From the NCBI GenBank assembly GCA_900553775.1, contig USEZ01000001.1:1-52483 (forward strand): a stretch of 52,483 nt of DNA, given 5' to 3'. Of this stretch, positions 39,829 through 48,728 are shown piece after piece. Position 1 is the stretch's first letter, and every line of letters begins with the position of its first letter. Source of the stretch: an uncultured Slackia sp. GTDB taxonomy: Bacteria > Actinomycetota > Coriobacteriia > Coriobacteriales > Eggerthellaceae. The position numbers were made by a program, and so were the translations under genes. Below the pieces are notes generated by a model that saw only the letters and a list, made by a program, of their open reading frames with translations, made no database searches and was not told the origin of the DNA.

Positions 39829-42051
39829 ATGAGCAACAGCACACTCCGGCTCCATGGGAAGCTTAAGCATAAGGGAAATGACAATCCGACAGTAATTCCC
39901 TCGCTACCTGCGAGGGCGCGAATCACCTCTGATCGAGTCATGTTTTTGCATGATACGCTCGCCGATGTCGCGGCCTACTGGGAGCAATCGCATGCACAGC
40001 ATAAGCCGCTTGTGACGGTGCGTTACCAGCGCGTTGTCCCCAAGAGCGGAAGGATTCTTCGCTTGCTGAGCGAGCCCACAATGGCCTCGTCAAACGAATC
40101 TATTGTGGGCGCGCGTTTCTACCGCAACACCGAGGGCAAGACTCAACACGTCATCACACACTGCATAAGCCTCAATGCAATTCGCAAGTCGATTGACGAG
40201 TTGTCCTCGCTCGCAATTTGTCTTGATAGGATGTGCGGAGGTGAGCTCACCGACAATCGATTGAAAGAAATCAACGATAAAAGGCCAGATTTCGAGGGGC
40301 TACCCTTGACCCGGACTGCGTTTACCAAGCTTTCAATGGACGTCCGCAATGTCGAGCGATTCATGCTCAACGACGCACCGGATGCTGTTGATGACATATC
40401 CCTGGTTACGCTGTTTAAGGGCGCGCTGCCAAGCAATAGAGAATTCCTGCGCTCAATCGGCATTTCGGAGTTGAACCTCACCACCTACGACGACTCTACA
40501 TTTCTACTCACACCAGAGCAGTATAGGGCACTCTACAGCCAGGCCCCTCAGCTCATCGCGATGGCACTCAAGGATATGAATGAGATTCCGGTGGAGCCGG
40601 GGGATGAACGGGATTTTGGAAGAATGGAGATACCCTCCCCCTCCGGCGAGCCCTGGATCGGTGTTATCGATACACCCTTCAATGAAGATGTATATTTTTC
40701 GGATTGGGTAAGCGCGGAAACGACACTCCCCTCCGAGGTGCTGCGTCCACAAGATTACCAGCACGGGACTTGCGTGTCGTCGATTGTCGTAGATGGACCA
40801 TCGCTCAACCCAATGCTAGATGACGGATGCGGGCGTTTTCGCGTCCGCCATGTGGGCGTGGCAGCGAGCGGACGATTCAGCTCGTTCTCCATCATCCGGG
40901 ACATCGAGCAGGCCGTAATTCGTCATCCCGAAGTGAAGGTTTGGAATCTTTCATTAGGATCCGTATTGGAAGTGCCTGAGAACTTTGTATCTCCTGAGGC
41001 GGCGGCTCTGGATAGGATCCAATCGGAACACGACGTTCTGTTTGTGGTCGCGGGAACAAACGACCCAGGATGCTCAGGAGACAAAAGGATAGGAGCCCCC
41101 GCTGACTCCATCAACTCGCTTGTGGTCAATGCGGTTCGCCTCGACGGGTCGCCTTGTTCCTATGCGCGTAGCGGCCCGGTTCTTTCTTTTTTTGGAAAGC
41201 CCGATGTCAGCTATTATGGTGGAGATTTCGACCAGCCGCTGCAAACGTGTTGGGAACGGAGGGCCTTCCACCTGACGAAGGGCACCTCGTTTGCCGCTCC
41301 CTGGGTGGCGAGGAAGTTGGCGTATCTTATCCATATTGCTGGCTTCAGCCGCGAAGCAGCTAAGGCTCTCGTGATTGATGCTGCATGCGGATGGGGCTCT
41401 GCGGCTGATTCGACGGCGATGGGCTATGGAATCGTGCCGAAGCGCATCGAGAACATCTTGGAAACGGGTGAAGATGATATCAAGTTCATCATCACGGGGG
41501 CGTCTATGGCATACGAGACGTACACCCACAACATTCCGGTCCCCATAGACAAGGGCGCGCATCCGTATAAGGCGAGAGCGACGCTTTGCTATTTTCCGCA
41601 TTGCGAACGCAATCAGGGCGTCGACTATACGTCAACGGAGCTTTCAATCTCTTTTGGACGCATCAATGATGAACGCATCAAGCCCATCAACCGCAATCGC
41701 CAGGATCTGCCCGGCTCTTTTATCAACGAGGGAGAAGCGCGCGACCTCTACCGGAAGTGGGACAACGTCAAATGCATATCCGAGTCGATAAAGCCTGGCA
41801 GTCGTGCGGTAAAGTGCTACGAGAGCGGCCTATGGGGCCTGAGCGTCAAAACCAAAGAGCGCCTCGGTACCCGCTATGGGAAAGGAATCCGCTTTGCGGT
41901 CGTTGTAACACTTCACGCACTAGACGGCGTGAATCGCATCGAGGAATTTATCCAACGCTGCTCCCTCCGCACTTGGATTGTCGAAGAGGTTTCGGTTGAA
42001 AGCCAGATTGAGATTTACAACGAGGGCAATCAAGAGATTGAATGGGAATAA
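39829..42051 (+). CDS. ietS: IetS-like S8 (subtilase) serine peptidase, cytoplasmic
   Basis: Triad motifs IGVIDT, HGTCVSS, GTSFAAP; WNLSLG; no signal peptide; 3 nt after the ATPase. Confidence 0.88.
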   Translation: MSNSTLRLHGKLKHKGNDNPTVIPSLPARARITSDRVMFLHDTLADVAAYWEQSHAQHKPLVTVRYQRVVPKSGRILRLLSEPTMASSNESIVGARFYRNTEGKTQHVITHCISLNAIRKSIDELSSLAICLDRMCGGELTDNRLKEINDKRPDFEGLPLTRTAFTKLSMDVRNVERFMLNDAPDAVDDISLVTLFKGALPSNREFLRSIGISELNLTTYDDSTFLLTPEQYRALYSQAPQLIAMALKDMNEIPVEPGDERDFGRMEIPSPSGEPWIGVIDTPFNEDVYFSDWVSAETTLPSEVLRPQDYQHGTCVSSIVVDGPSLNPMLDDGCGRFRVRHVGVAASGRFSSFSIIRDIEQAVIRHPEVKVWNLSLGSVLEVPENFVSPEAAALDRIQSEHDVLFVVAGTNDPGCSGDKRIGAPADSINSLVVNAVRLDGSPCSYARSGPVLSFFGKPDVSYYGGDFDQPLQTCWERRAFHLTKGTSFAAPWVARKLAYLIHIAGFSREAAKALVIDAACGWGSAADSTAMGYGIVPKRIENILETGEDDIKFIITGASMAYETYTHNIPVPIDKGAHPYKARATLCYFPHCERNQGVDYTSTELSISFGRINDERIKPINRNRQDLPGSFINEGEARDLYRKWDNVKCISESIKPGSRAVKCYESGLWGLSVKTKERLGTRYGKGIRFAVVVTLHALDGVNRIEEFIQRCSLRTWIVEEVSVESQIEIYNEGNQEIEWE

Positions 42052-42106
42052 CGGCTGCGCTCAACTAGGACGGCATTAATTTGTCGATCCTATTTTGTGC
42101 ACAAAG

Positions 42107-42140
42107 TGAGGACGGCGGAGCGCAATCCGTCGTCCTCACT
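42107..42140 (+). terminator. Hairpin after the S8 peptidase gene
   Basis: GTGAGGACGGCGGA-gcgcaa-TCCGTCGTCCTCAC. Confidence 0.6.
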
Positions 42141-42639
42141 CGCATACGATAGCGATTGGGGAACTCAGGGAAAGGGGCTACGCTTTCGTCGCCGACAATG
42201 GGGCATGAATCTGGCGTAGTCTCAAAACCAATTTTGCATCATTGTAGGTGCTGGAGTGAAAAATACCTTTAGCCACGCAGCTTGGTCATCGCGCCCCTCA
42301 AAGCACTCAATACCCCTATCGCCACGGGTTGCTCATCAATCTCAAATACGTCGTGAACCTTGTCATCTCCGCCGCCATAAACGCGATTCCGTACAGGGTC
42401 ATCGCCAAAATAGCAGACAAGAACCGCACATGGAGAAATGCCGACATCGAGCCAGGAAATGCGCAGACCGATGCGAACAATCAAGCGCTTGCGCAACGCA
42501 TCGAGCAGACGAAGCAGGAAATCTTCGTTGCGCAGTTGTTCGCAGCCATCTTCTACAGGCGCTCGACCCGAGGGGCGACACCCACCATGATGCAGTCGCA
42601 ACGCGAAGCGCAAATCTAACACCGAGAAAGGCGGGCCGA

Positions 42640-43410
42640 CTACATGCGACAGACGGGATGGCGGACGACCGTCTTGAGGTTTTCGGGCTTCGAACGGCGC
42701 GGGTCGCTCAGATAGATTTCATGATGCAGCCGAATGCCTGGTACGGCACCGTTCGCATCAAGCGCGGTCAGCACGGCGGCGGTGTCGAAAGCGCGGGCGG
42801 CGTCGCGCCCCGCGGGCGGTTCCCCGCCTTCGGCGATATCGCACACGAGCCCTTCGTCTTCCACGAACGCCGCCAACTTCGCGATAGTGGCAGGCTCGTC
42901 ATCGTACGGACCACGATGCATCGCTTGCACGCACAACCCCTCGGCGAAGCGAACCAGGCAAGGCACGCCCGCGGAAACGACACGAGCAATTGCCGCTTCG
43001 CACGCATCGGCCAGCGCAGGCTTCTTTTCAGCCAGCCTGGTACATGCCCACGTGAGCGTCTCGGGCGTCACGAAATCCGGCTGCCGGATAAGCGAAACCC
43101 ACGAAAGCGCCTGCTTGTCGGCGATCAAGGCACCGTCGAACGCTCCTGCACCCGCCCACCATAGGCCCTCGAGCGGCGGCACCACGTAATCGAAATATCC
43201 TTCAGGCTGCCAGGCGCCCATTTTCGCCATTTTCACCGTATACGAAAGCCCGTAAAGCAGCTCGAGCGCTCTTGCATAGGCGCCGTCGGGCTCATTCGGA
43301 TCGCCCGTTCCCGCCACGGCGAGAAACGTCATCGGCGGAACTTCGACAAGGGAAGACTTGTTCTTCGGCAGGTAGAGGTCCTTATATTCCTTCTTGAAAT
43401 CGAACGACAT
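42640..43410 (-). CDS. GyrI-like small-molecule-binding domain protein
   Basis: FDFKKEYKDLYLPK, G.GDPN, YVVPPLEGLWW, IRQPDFVT, MHRGPYDDEP, HHEIYLSDPR..PENLKTV.RHP. Confidence 0.9.
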   Translation of the reverse strand: MSFDFKKEYKDLYLPKNKSSLVEVPPMTFLAVAGTGDPNEPDGAYARALELLYGLSYTVKMAKMGAWQPEGYFDYVVPPLEGLWWAGAGAFDGALIADKQALSWVSLIRQPDFVTPETLTWACTRLAEKKPALADACEAAIARVVSAGVPCLVRFAEGLCVQAMHRGPYDDEPATIAKLAAFVEDEGLVCDIAEGGEPPAGRDAARAFDTAAVLTALDANGAVPGIRLHHEIYLSDPRRSKPENLKTVVRHPVCRM

Positions 43411-43583
43411 GAAAGCCCCTTTCTCGTCAGCAAGCACGAAACGATTCGCCCGTTCCTGGCAAACTCGAACCCCTCGAAAAGCGGCGAAGGGAAGCGAGCG
43501 GCACAGCAGCCGACAAACGATTCGGAATCGCCAGCACGACAGCCGGAAATCGTCGTTGAAACGAAGCGAAATCACAATTGCAC

Positions 43584-43991
43584 CTAGAAACCCGATGCTG
43601 CTTTCCTGGCCGTTTCTACGATTTCTCGCTGTAATTTCTTGGTCAGCTTCGAAAACACCAGTTCGTAAGAATGGTCGCACAGTTCCATAAGCAAACCGCT
43701 AACCACATCCGCATCAAGGTCGATCGATATCCAATTGCGCTTATCCATATAAAACCCCGGATAAACGGCGTCGGGAAGCTCCGCGCGCAGGGCTTCGGCC
43801 CATGCGGGATCGCATTTCAGCGTCAAAAGACGACGCCCTCTATACGGCTCCTTATGCTCGGGCCCCACCGTGAATTCAGCAGCGAACATCTTGCCGCCTA
43901 CCAGGTAGCGCCACCACTCCCATTCGGCCTTGAAATCCTTTTCGGCACCGGGCTTGGCACGCAAATACGCATCGACTTCCGAAGTCTTCAT
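43584..43991 (-). CDS. MmcQ/YjbR family protein
   Basis: VGGKMFA, LKCDP, PGFYMDKRNWISI, SYELVFSKLTKK. Confidence 0.9.
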   Translation of the reverse strand: MKTSEVDAYLRAKPGAEKDFKAEWEWWRYLVGGKMFAAEFTVGPEHKEPYRGRRLLTLKCDPAWAEALRAELPDAVYPGFYMDKRNWISIDLDADVVSGLLMELCDHSYELVFSKLTKKLQREIVETARKAASGF

Positions 43992-44160
43992 CGAATCCTC
44001 CTAGCAACATGACGTGCCCATCCTACAAAAGGAAACCGGACAACGCATGGCCTGTTTTGTAATAAGGAGAAGGTCCGTGTGCGAAGAAGGCAACGCTCAA
44101 CCAGGCTTGCGCGACCTAACAGCAATCGACGCGCCCCCGCAAGACGCGGCAAAACGCCCC

Positions 44161-45021
44161 TTAAAGAGGCTCTGCCGTCACGAGTGTTTTAGTGTGCGGA
44201 TAAAATACGATGCGAACCCTATCCCCCGCGGTGCATGCCGAAAAAAACTCGACTTCATCGCCATCGGTCGATGCCAGCTCTATGCGATGCAAGGCCGATT
44301 CTCCAACACCGCCGCGAACCTCCGCGAAATCGACCTCCGTCGCTTCGCCCGAGAAGCCTCCTTTTCGAGCATCGCCGCCGCGCTTCACAGCATCCACTTC
44401 GACGATCGACGCCTCGATGTCCTCGGGTCCTGTCGTCACGTCGGTCGCCAAGCATGAAAAACGAACGACCCCAAGCGCAAACGCAGCGCAGGCCAGCATT
44501 GCGACAGCCACGACGATTGCGCCGCTTATCACGCGGCCGCGCAACAGCACGACATTGCAACGGGCTCCAAAGCGCGCGCGAAACGTGCGCCACACAAGCA
44601 CGACCCAAGCAATCGTCGCCATCGCGACCCCCGCGACAAGCACCATGCGGATAGCCCCATACGGAAGGAAGCCGGAAACCGCAATCCCAAGCGCCCATAC
44701 TCCGACAACGCCCGCCACCTCCAAGGCCGCACACAGCAACACGGGGCGCTCGGCTTCGAATGCTTCTTTGTAGGAAAAATCCAATCGCCGATCGGGGCCT
44801 TTGGCCCATGCATCGCGCAAAACCATTCCCGCCAAAACGGCGCAGACGCCGCCGAGAAGCACCGCCGCCAACACCATCGATGCGGCGCTCGCGGCATACG
44901 TAACCAACCCGGCCATGCCGACGCGCGAAGCCGCCCGAGAATAAAGGATGCATGCAACGGCGCATACCGCCGCTATCCCTGCCGCGATGCGCGTTTCACG
45001 TGAAACATTAGACTTCGCCAT
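44161..45021 (-). CDS. Hypothetical multi-pass membrane protein
   Basis: About five hydrophobic helices plus a soluble C-terminus; start abuts the WYL gene stop. Confidence 0.65.
   Translation of the reverse strand: MAKSNVSRETRIAAGIAAVCAVACILYSRAASRVGMAGLVTYAASAASMVLAAVLLGGVCAVLAGMVLRDAWAKGPDRRLDFSYKEAFEAERPVLLCAALEVAGVVGVWALGIAVSGFLPYGAIRMVLVAGVAMATIAWVVLVWRTFRARFGARCNVVLLRGRVISGAIVVAVAMLACAAFALGVVRFSCLATDVTTGPEDIEASIVEVDAVKRGGDARKGGFSGEATEVDFAEVRGGVGESALHRIELASTDGDEVEFFSACTAGDRVRIVFYPHTKTLVTAEPL
44992..45007. other. parS site (1 mismatch)
   Basis: CGTTTCACGTGAAACA versus consensus TGTTTCACGTGAAACA. Confidence 0.8.
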
Positions 45022-45963
45022 CTAGCAGCCCCTTTCCAACATGGCGCGGGCTTGGCCGCGCATCCAATCACGCACCCAATCCGGCTCAAGCACCTCCAAT
45101 TGCGCGCCATAAGAGAACAAGTGATAAAGCATGCGTTCGCTCGGTTGGCAAAACACCGTCACCGATAGGCGGCCGTCAGGCATAACGTCGATGACGTCGG
45201 GGGCGAACTCTTCCCGAACACGACCCGCCGCCTCAGGAGCGAACACCATGGCAAGGCGGGGCGCATCGACCGGCTGGCCGCATTGGGCGACTTTACCATC
45301 AGGCCCGATGAAACGCGTGATGGCCGGGGCTTCGCGCGGTTCGAACACAATCGGCAAAAGCTCGATCGACTCCCAATCCATGCGCAGAAGCTTGAACGTG
45401 CGCCAATCGTCGCGCATCCGGCACCATGCCCGTACGTACCACGACCGTTCTTTGAACAAAAGCTTCGCGGGCTCCACCTCGCGCACGGTTACGCGGTCGG
45501 CATTGTCGCGATACGAAAACCGTAAAACACGATGATGCGCAATGGCCTCGCGCACCGCCTCGAAAGCGCGGCGACACGTTGGCGGCGCGCCCCAGAACGA
45601 GAAGTCGACCTCGATCCAATCGTCCGGCTCGCGGCGAAAAAGCGCGGCAAGCCGCCTCAGGAGAGAATCGCCGTCGGCGGCAAGGGGCGCATCGATGGTC
45701 GAAAGAAGGGAAAGCGCCGCGAGCACATCATCTTTTTCTGCATCGCTCATGAGCGATGCGTCAATCGAATACCCGGGCAACAGCCGCACGCCGCCGCCTT
45801 TTCCTTGCGCCGTATACACGGGAACGCCTGCGGCCGAGAGCGCCTCGATGTCGCGGCGCACCGTACGCGGCGACACCTCGAGCATATCGGCAAGTTCGCC
45901 CACCGTGCATGTTTCCCGCGACATCAACGCGTAGACGATTTCGAAAAGACGCTGCTGTTTCAC
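45022..45963 (-). CDS. YafY-family HTH-WYL-WCX transcriptional regulator
   Basis: ELADMLEVSPRTVRRDIEALSAAGVPVYTAQGKGGG; R.VEP..L.FKERSWYVRAWC..RDDWRTFKL.RM. Confidence 0.92.
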   Translation of the reverse strand: MKQQRLFEIVYALMSRETCTVGELADMLEVSPRTVRRDIEALSAAGVPVYTAQGKGGGVRLLPGYSIDASLMSDAEKDDVLAALSLLSTIDAPLAADGDSLLRRLAALFRREPDDWIEVDFSFWGAPPTCRRAFEAVREAIAHHRVLRFSYRDNADRVTVREVEPAKLLFKERSWYVRAWCRMRDDWRTFKLLRMDWESIELLPIVFEPREAPAITRFIGPDGKVAQCGQPVDAPRLAMVFAPEAAGRVREEFAPDVIDVMPDGRLSVTVFCQPSERMLYHLFSYGAQLEVLEPDWVRDWMRGQARAMLERGC

Positions 45964-46015
45964 GGCATCGCCTGAAATTCACATAAGACGAACGGCATCG
46001 CGGACATCGATAGCC

Positions 46016-46678
46016 CTACCCTCGCGGCATGTCGGCGAGCAGGAGCGCGACGAAACGCGCCGCCGCAGACGACGGCCTTGCGGCGCACAGCAAAACGCCC
46101 GGCCCGAAAACAGGGCCGCCTCCCGCAGGAGCCGGCGCGGCGATGCAGGCCGATCTGGCCGCGAACAGCGGCTCGATGCGACACACGCCGCCCCACAGCT
46201 TTTCGCACGCGGCGGCCGACACATCCGACACCTCGATCAAATCGACGCTGCCGCCGAGATTGGCTACCACCCCCAGATCGTCGTCATAGATATCGCCGAT
46301 CGGCACCAATTCCACATGCAGCGACGAATCGGCCTCGTGAATGCGCGGCCATGCGGCGAGCAACGTATACGCGGGGCATGCCGCCGAAATTCCCAGCCGC
46401 ACCGTGGTGCCGCCGAACGCCTCCTGCTCGCGCGCACGGCGCAGCACGTCTTCGGACTGCCGCATGATTGCACGAGCGTCTTCGACGATCGAAGCGCCAG
46501 CAGGCGTCAGAAACACGCCGCGACGGGTGCGGCTGAACAGTTCGATGCCGTATTCGGCCTCGAACGTCTCGATGCGTTTGGCAAGGGCGGGCGTAGACAC
46601 GCCGAGCTGCTTCGCGGCCTTCGAGAAGCTTCCGCAATCCGCTGCCGCGACGACAGAGTCCAATCGGCGATCGTACAC
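46016..46678 (-). CDS. LysR-family regulator, apparently shortened (220 aa) in the effector domain
   Basis: GSFSKAAKQLGVSTPALAKRI..FE...GIELFSRTRRGVFLTPAG; GTG start. Confidence 0.75.
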   Translation of the reverse strand: MYDRRLDSVVAAADCGSFSKAAKQLGVSTPALAKRIETFEAEYGIELFSRTRRGVFLTPAGASIVEDARAIMRQSEDVLRRAREQEAFGGTTVRLGISAACPAYTLLAAWPRIHEADSSLHVELVPIGDIYDDDLGVVANLGGSVDLIEVSDVSAAACEKLWGGVCRIEPLFAARSACIAAPAPAGGGPVFGPGVLLCAARPSSAAARFVALLLADMPRG

Positions 46679-46878
46679 GCCCCACCCCCTTTTTTCTTTC
46701 CCCACGGTTTTCCACAGTGTATTAACTAATTGTTAATAACTTTTTCCCCTTTTTATTAATATTCAGGGGATAACCAAGCTTGAGTGTTTTGTTTTAGTTA
46801 ACACTAAAAAAGATACTTTTGTCCGGAGGGAAATCGACATAAATGTCCTGGAAATGTAAAACGGCCGGATAAATGCAC

Positions 46879-46915
46879 AAAAAAGCGGGCCCTCGCGCAG
46901 TGCGAAGGCCCGCTT
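46879..46915 (-). terminator. Intrinsic terminator after the M18 aminopeptidase gene
   Basis: AAGCGGGCC...GGCCCGCTT with an A-run on the plus strand. Confidence 0.65.
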
Positions 46916-47034
46916 CATGCATCGGCCGCTTTTCAGTTGCAAAGTGGAAATGGGGAAAACTTCTCGGCTTCGCCCCTCCTTCATGGGGAAAACGCGCTGA
47001 AAACGAAGGCGCGCAACCGCGAATTGCCGCGCGC

Positions 47035-48429
47035 CTATCCGATCTTAAGCACGTCGGCGCCGTCGATCCGCACATCGGCGGCATAGAACGCCTCGAGCGC
47101 ACGGATGCCGTGCAGCACGTCGCGCATGCCCATCGTTTCGAACGACGAATGCATGGCCAGCTGCGGCAGCCCCACGTCGACGGCATGCATACTCGCCTGA
47201 ATGTTCGACAGGTTGCCGAGCGTCGAGCCGCCTGCGGTATCGCTGCGGTTCGCAAACGTCTGCACAGGAACGCCCGCGTCGGCGCACAACGCCAGAAACG
47301 CCGCACGGCTGAACGCGTCGGTGCAGTAGTGCTGATTGGCCGCTTCCTTCACCACGATGCCGCCGTTGATCACGGCCCTGTTGGCCTCGTCGTATTTCTC
47401 GGGATGATTCGGGTGCACCGCATGGGCGTTATCGCAGCTCACCAGCATCGACTTCGCCAGCGCGCGGCGGTAATCCTCGTCGCTGCCGCCCAACGCCGCG
47501 CACACGCGCGTCAGCACGTCGGGCAAAAACGTGGACATGGCGCCCTGCTTGGTGTTCGAGCCCACTTCCTCGTTGTCGAAGCAGCACCACGCCGAAACCG
47601 CACCCTCATCGCCGCAGGCGCGCAAAAACGCCTCGAGCGACACGTATGCGCAGGCAAGGTCGTCGAGCTTCGGCGCCGAGAAGAACTCGCCGACCGCGCC
47701 CCAGACGCACGGCTTCTGGCGGTTCACCAAAAACACGTCGCGCGCAAGCACCTGCCCGGGTTCCGCCTGCGCCTCTTCGGCCACCAGCGCCTCGAAAGCC
47801 CCGCGGCCAAGCTCGCCTGCCGAAAGCAGCGGGCACAGATCGACCTGCCTGTTGGGGGCGAAACCGCCGTTCACGCCGCGATCGAGATGCACCGCCACGC
47901 TGGGGATGATCAGCAAATCGCGGTCGGGCGCGATAAGCCGGCTCTCGATGCGGTTGCCGTCGCGCACCAGCACGCGACCCGCCACCGAAAGCGGGCGGTC
48001 GAACCACGTGTAGTCGATCATGCCGCCGTACGCCTCCACATTCAGGCGAAGCGAGCCGCCTGCGCCGTCGAGCTCGGAGACGGCCTTCACCTTGAACGTC
48101 GGCGAATCGGAATGCGACGCCGCCAACTTGAAGTGGAACCCGTCGTTCGCGGGAGCAGCCTGCGTGCCCGCGCGAAACGCGATGACGCTCGAATTGTTGC
48201 GCACCGCATAATAGCCGCGCCCGCACTCGATGCTCCACCCATCGCCCTCGTTCAAGCGCGTGAAGCCCGCATCGTCGAGCCTGCGGCACGCTGCCGCAAC
48301 GGCGTGAAACATGCTCGGGCTTTCCTCGATGAACGCCGCCAACCCCGCGGCCGCTTCGCGATAACGCGCATCGCAGTTTGCGCCCTCCGGGCCCGGCTCC
48401 GCCTTCGCCGTATCGATCATATCGGTCAT
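47035..48429 (-). CDS. M18-family (aspartyl) aminopeptidase
   Basis: SHSDSP, YGG..YTWFDRPLS, LDDL, DNEEVGS, DNAHAVHPN, GGSTLG, QLAMHS. Confidence 0.95.
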   Translation of the reverse strand: MTDMIDTAKAEPGPEGANCDARYREAAAGLAAFIEESPSMFHAVAAACRRLDDAGFTRLNEGDGWSIECGRGYYAVRNNSSVIAFRAGTQAAPANDGFHFKLAASHSDSPTFKVKAVSELDGAGGSLRLNVEAYGGMIDYTWFDRPLSVAGRVLVRDGNRIESRLIAPDRDLLIIPSVAVHLDRGVNGGFAPNRQVDLCPLLSAGELGRGAFEALVAEEAQAEPGQVLARDVFLVNRQKPCVWGAVGEFFSAPKLDDLACAYVSLEAFLRACGDEGAVSAWCCFDNEEVGSNTKQGAMSTFLPDVLTRVCAALGGSDEDYRRALAKSMLVSCDNAHAVHPNHPEKYDEANRAVINGGIVVKEAANQHYCTDAFSRAAFLALCADAGVPVQTFANRSDTAGGSTLGNLSNIQASMHAVDVGLPQLAMHSSFETMGMRDVLHGIRALEAFYAADVRIDGADVLKIG

Positions 48430-48664
48430 ATTCGGCACCTCGCTTTTCGTGCATTCGGCAATCTCTGTCGATGGCCATGGTATACGAAGGCCTCCAGCAC
48501 AGCGATCGAAGACTTCGACGCTCTTAAAGGCATAGCGCGACGCACCCATCGACCGCATACGGCCGCAAGGCCCCGATCTTTCGACATGCTTTCCCCATCA
48601 TCAACCGTTTTACTGCATCATTTCGTATCAAAATGATGCAGTAAACGGAATCGCACGCAATACA

Positions 48665-48707
48665 AAGCCGCCCCCGTTTCCCGCCGTCCGGGAAACAGGG
48701 GCGGCTT
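48665..48707 (-). terminator. Terminator after purB
   Basis: AAGCCGCCCC.GTTTCCCG...CGGGAAAC.GGGGCGGCTT. Confidence 0.65.
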
Positions 48708-48728
48708 GCCATCGGTCACGCATGCGCT

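Larger units (their letters stand above)
37228..42140. mobile_element. Lower-GC genomic island (defence cargo); boundaries approximate, no integrase seen
   Basis: Visible drop in GC; ietAS-type genes; truncated HTH-like stub and tRNA-like T-loop at the left edge. Confidence 0.6.

Noticed and set aside
42256..42622. ORFs at the right edge of the island (42329..42619 +, 42269..42622 -)
   Set aside because: No RBS or recognisable motif in any frame; may be a gene relic but cannot be supported.
46708..46820. oriC or DnaA-box cluster
   Set aside because: Only one good box (TTTTCCACA) and no dnaA/dnaN nearby; a LysR control region explains the AT richness.
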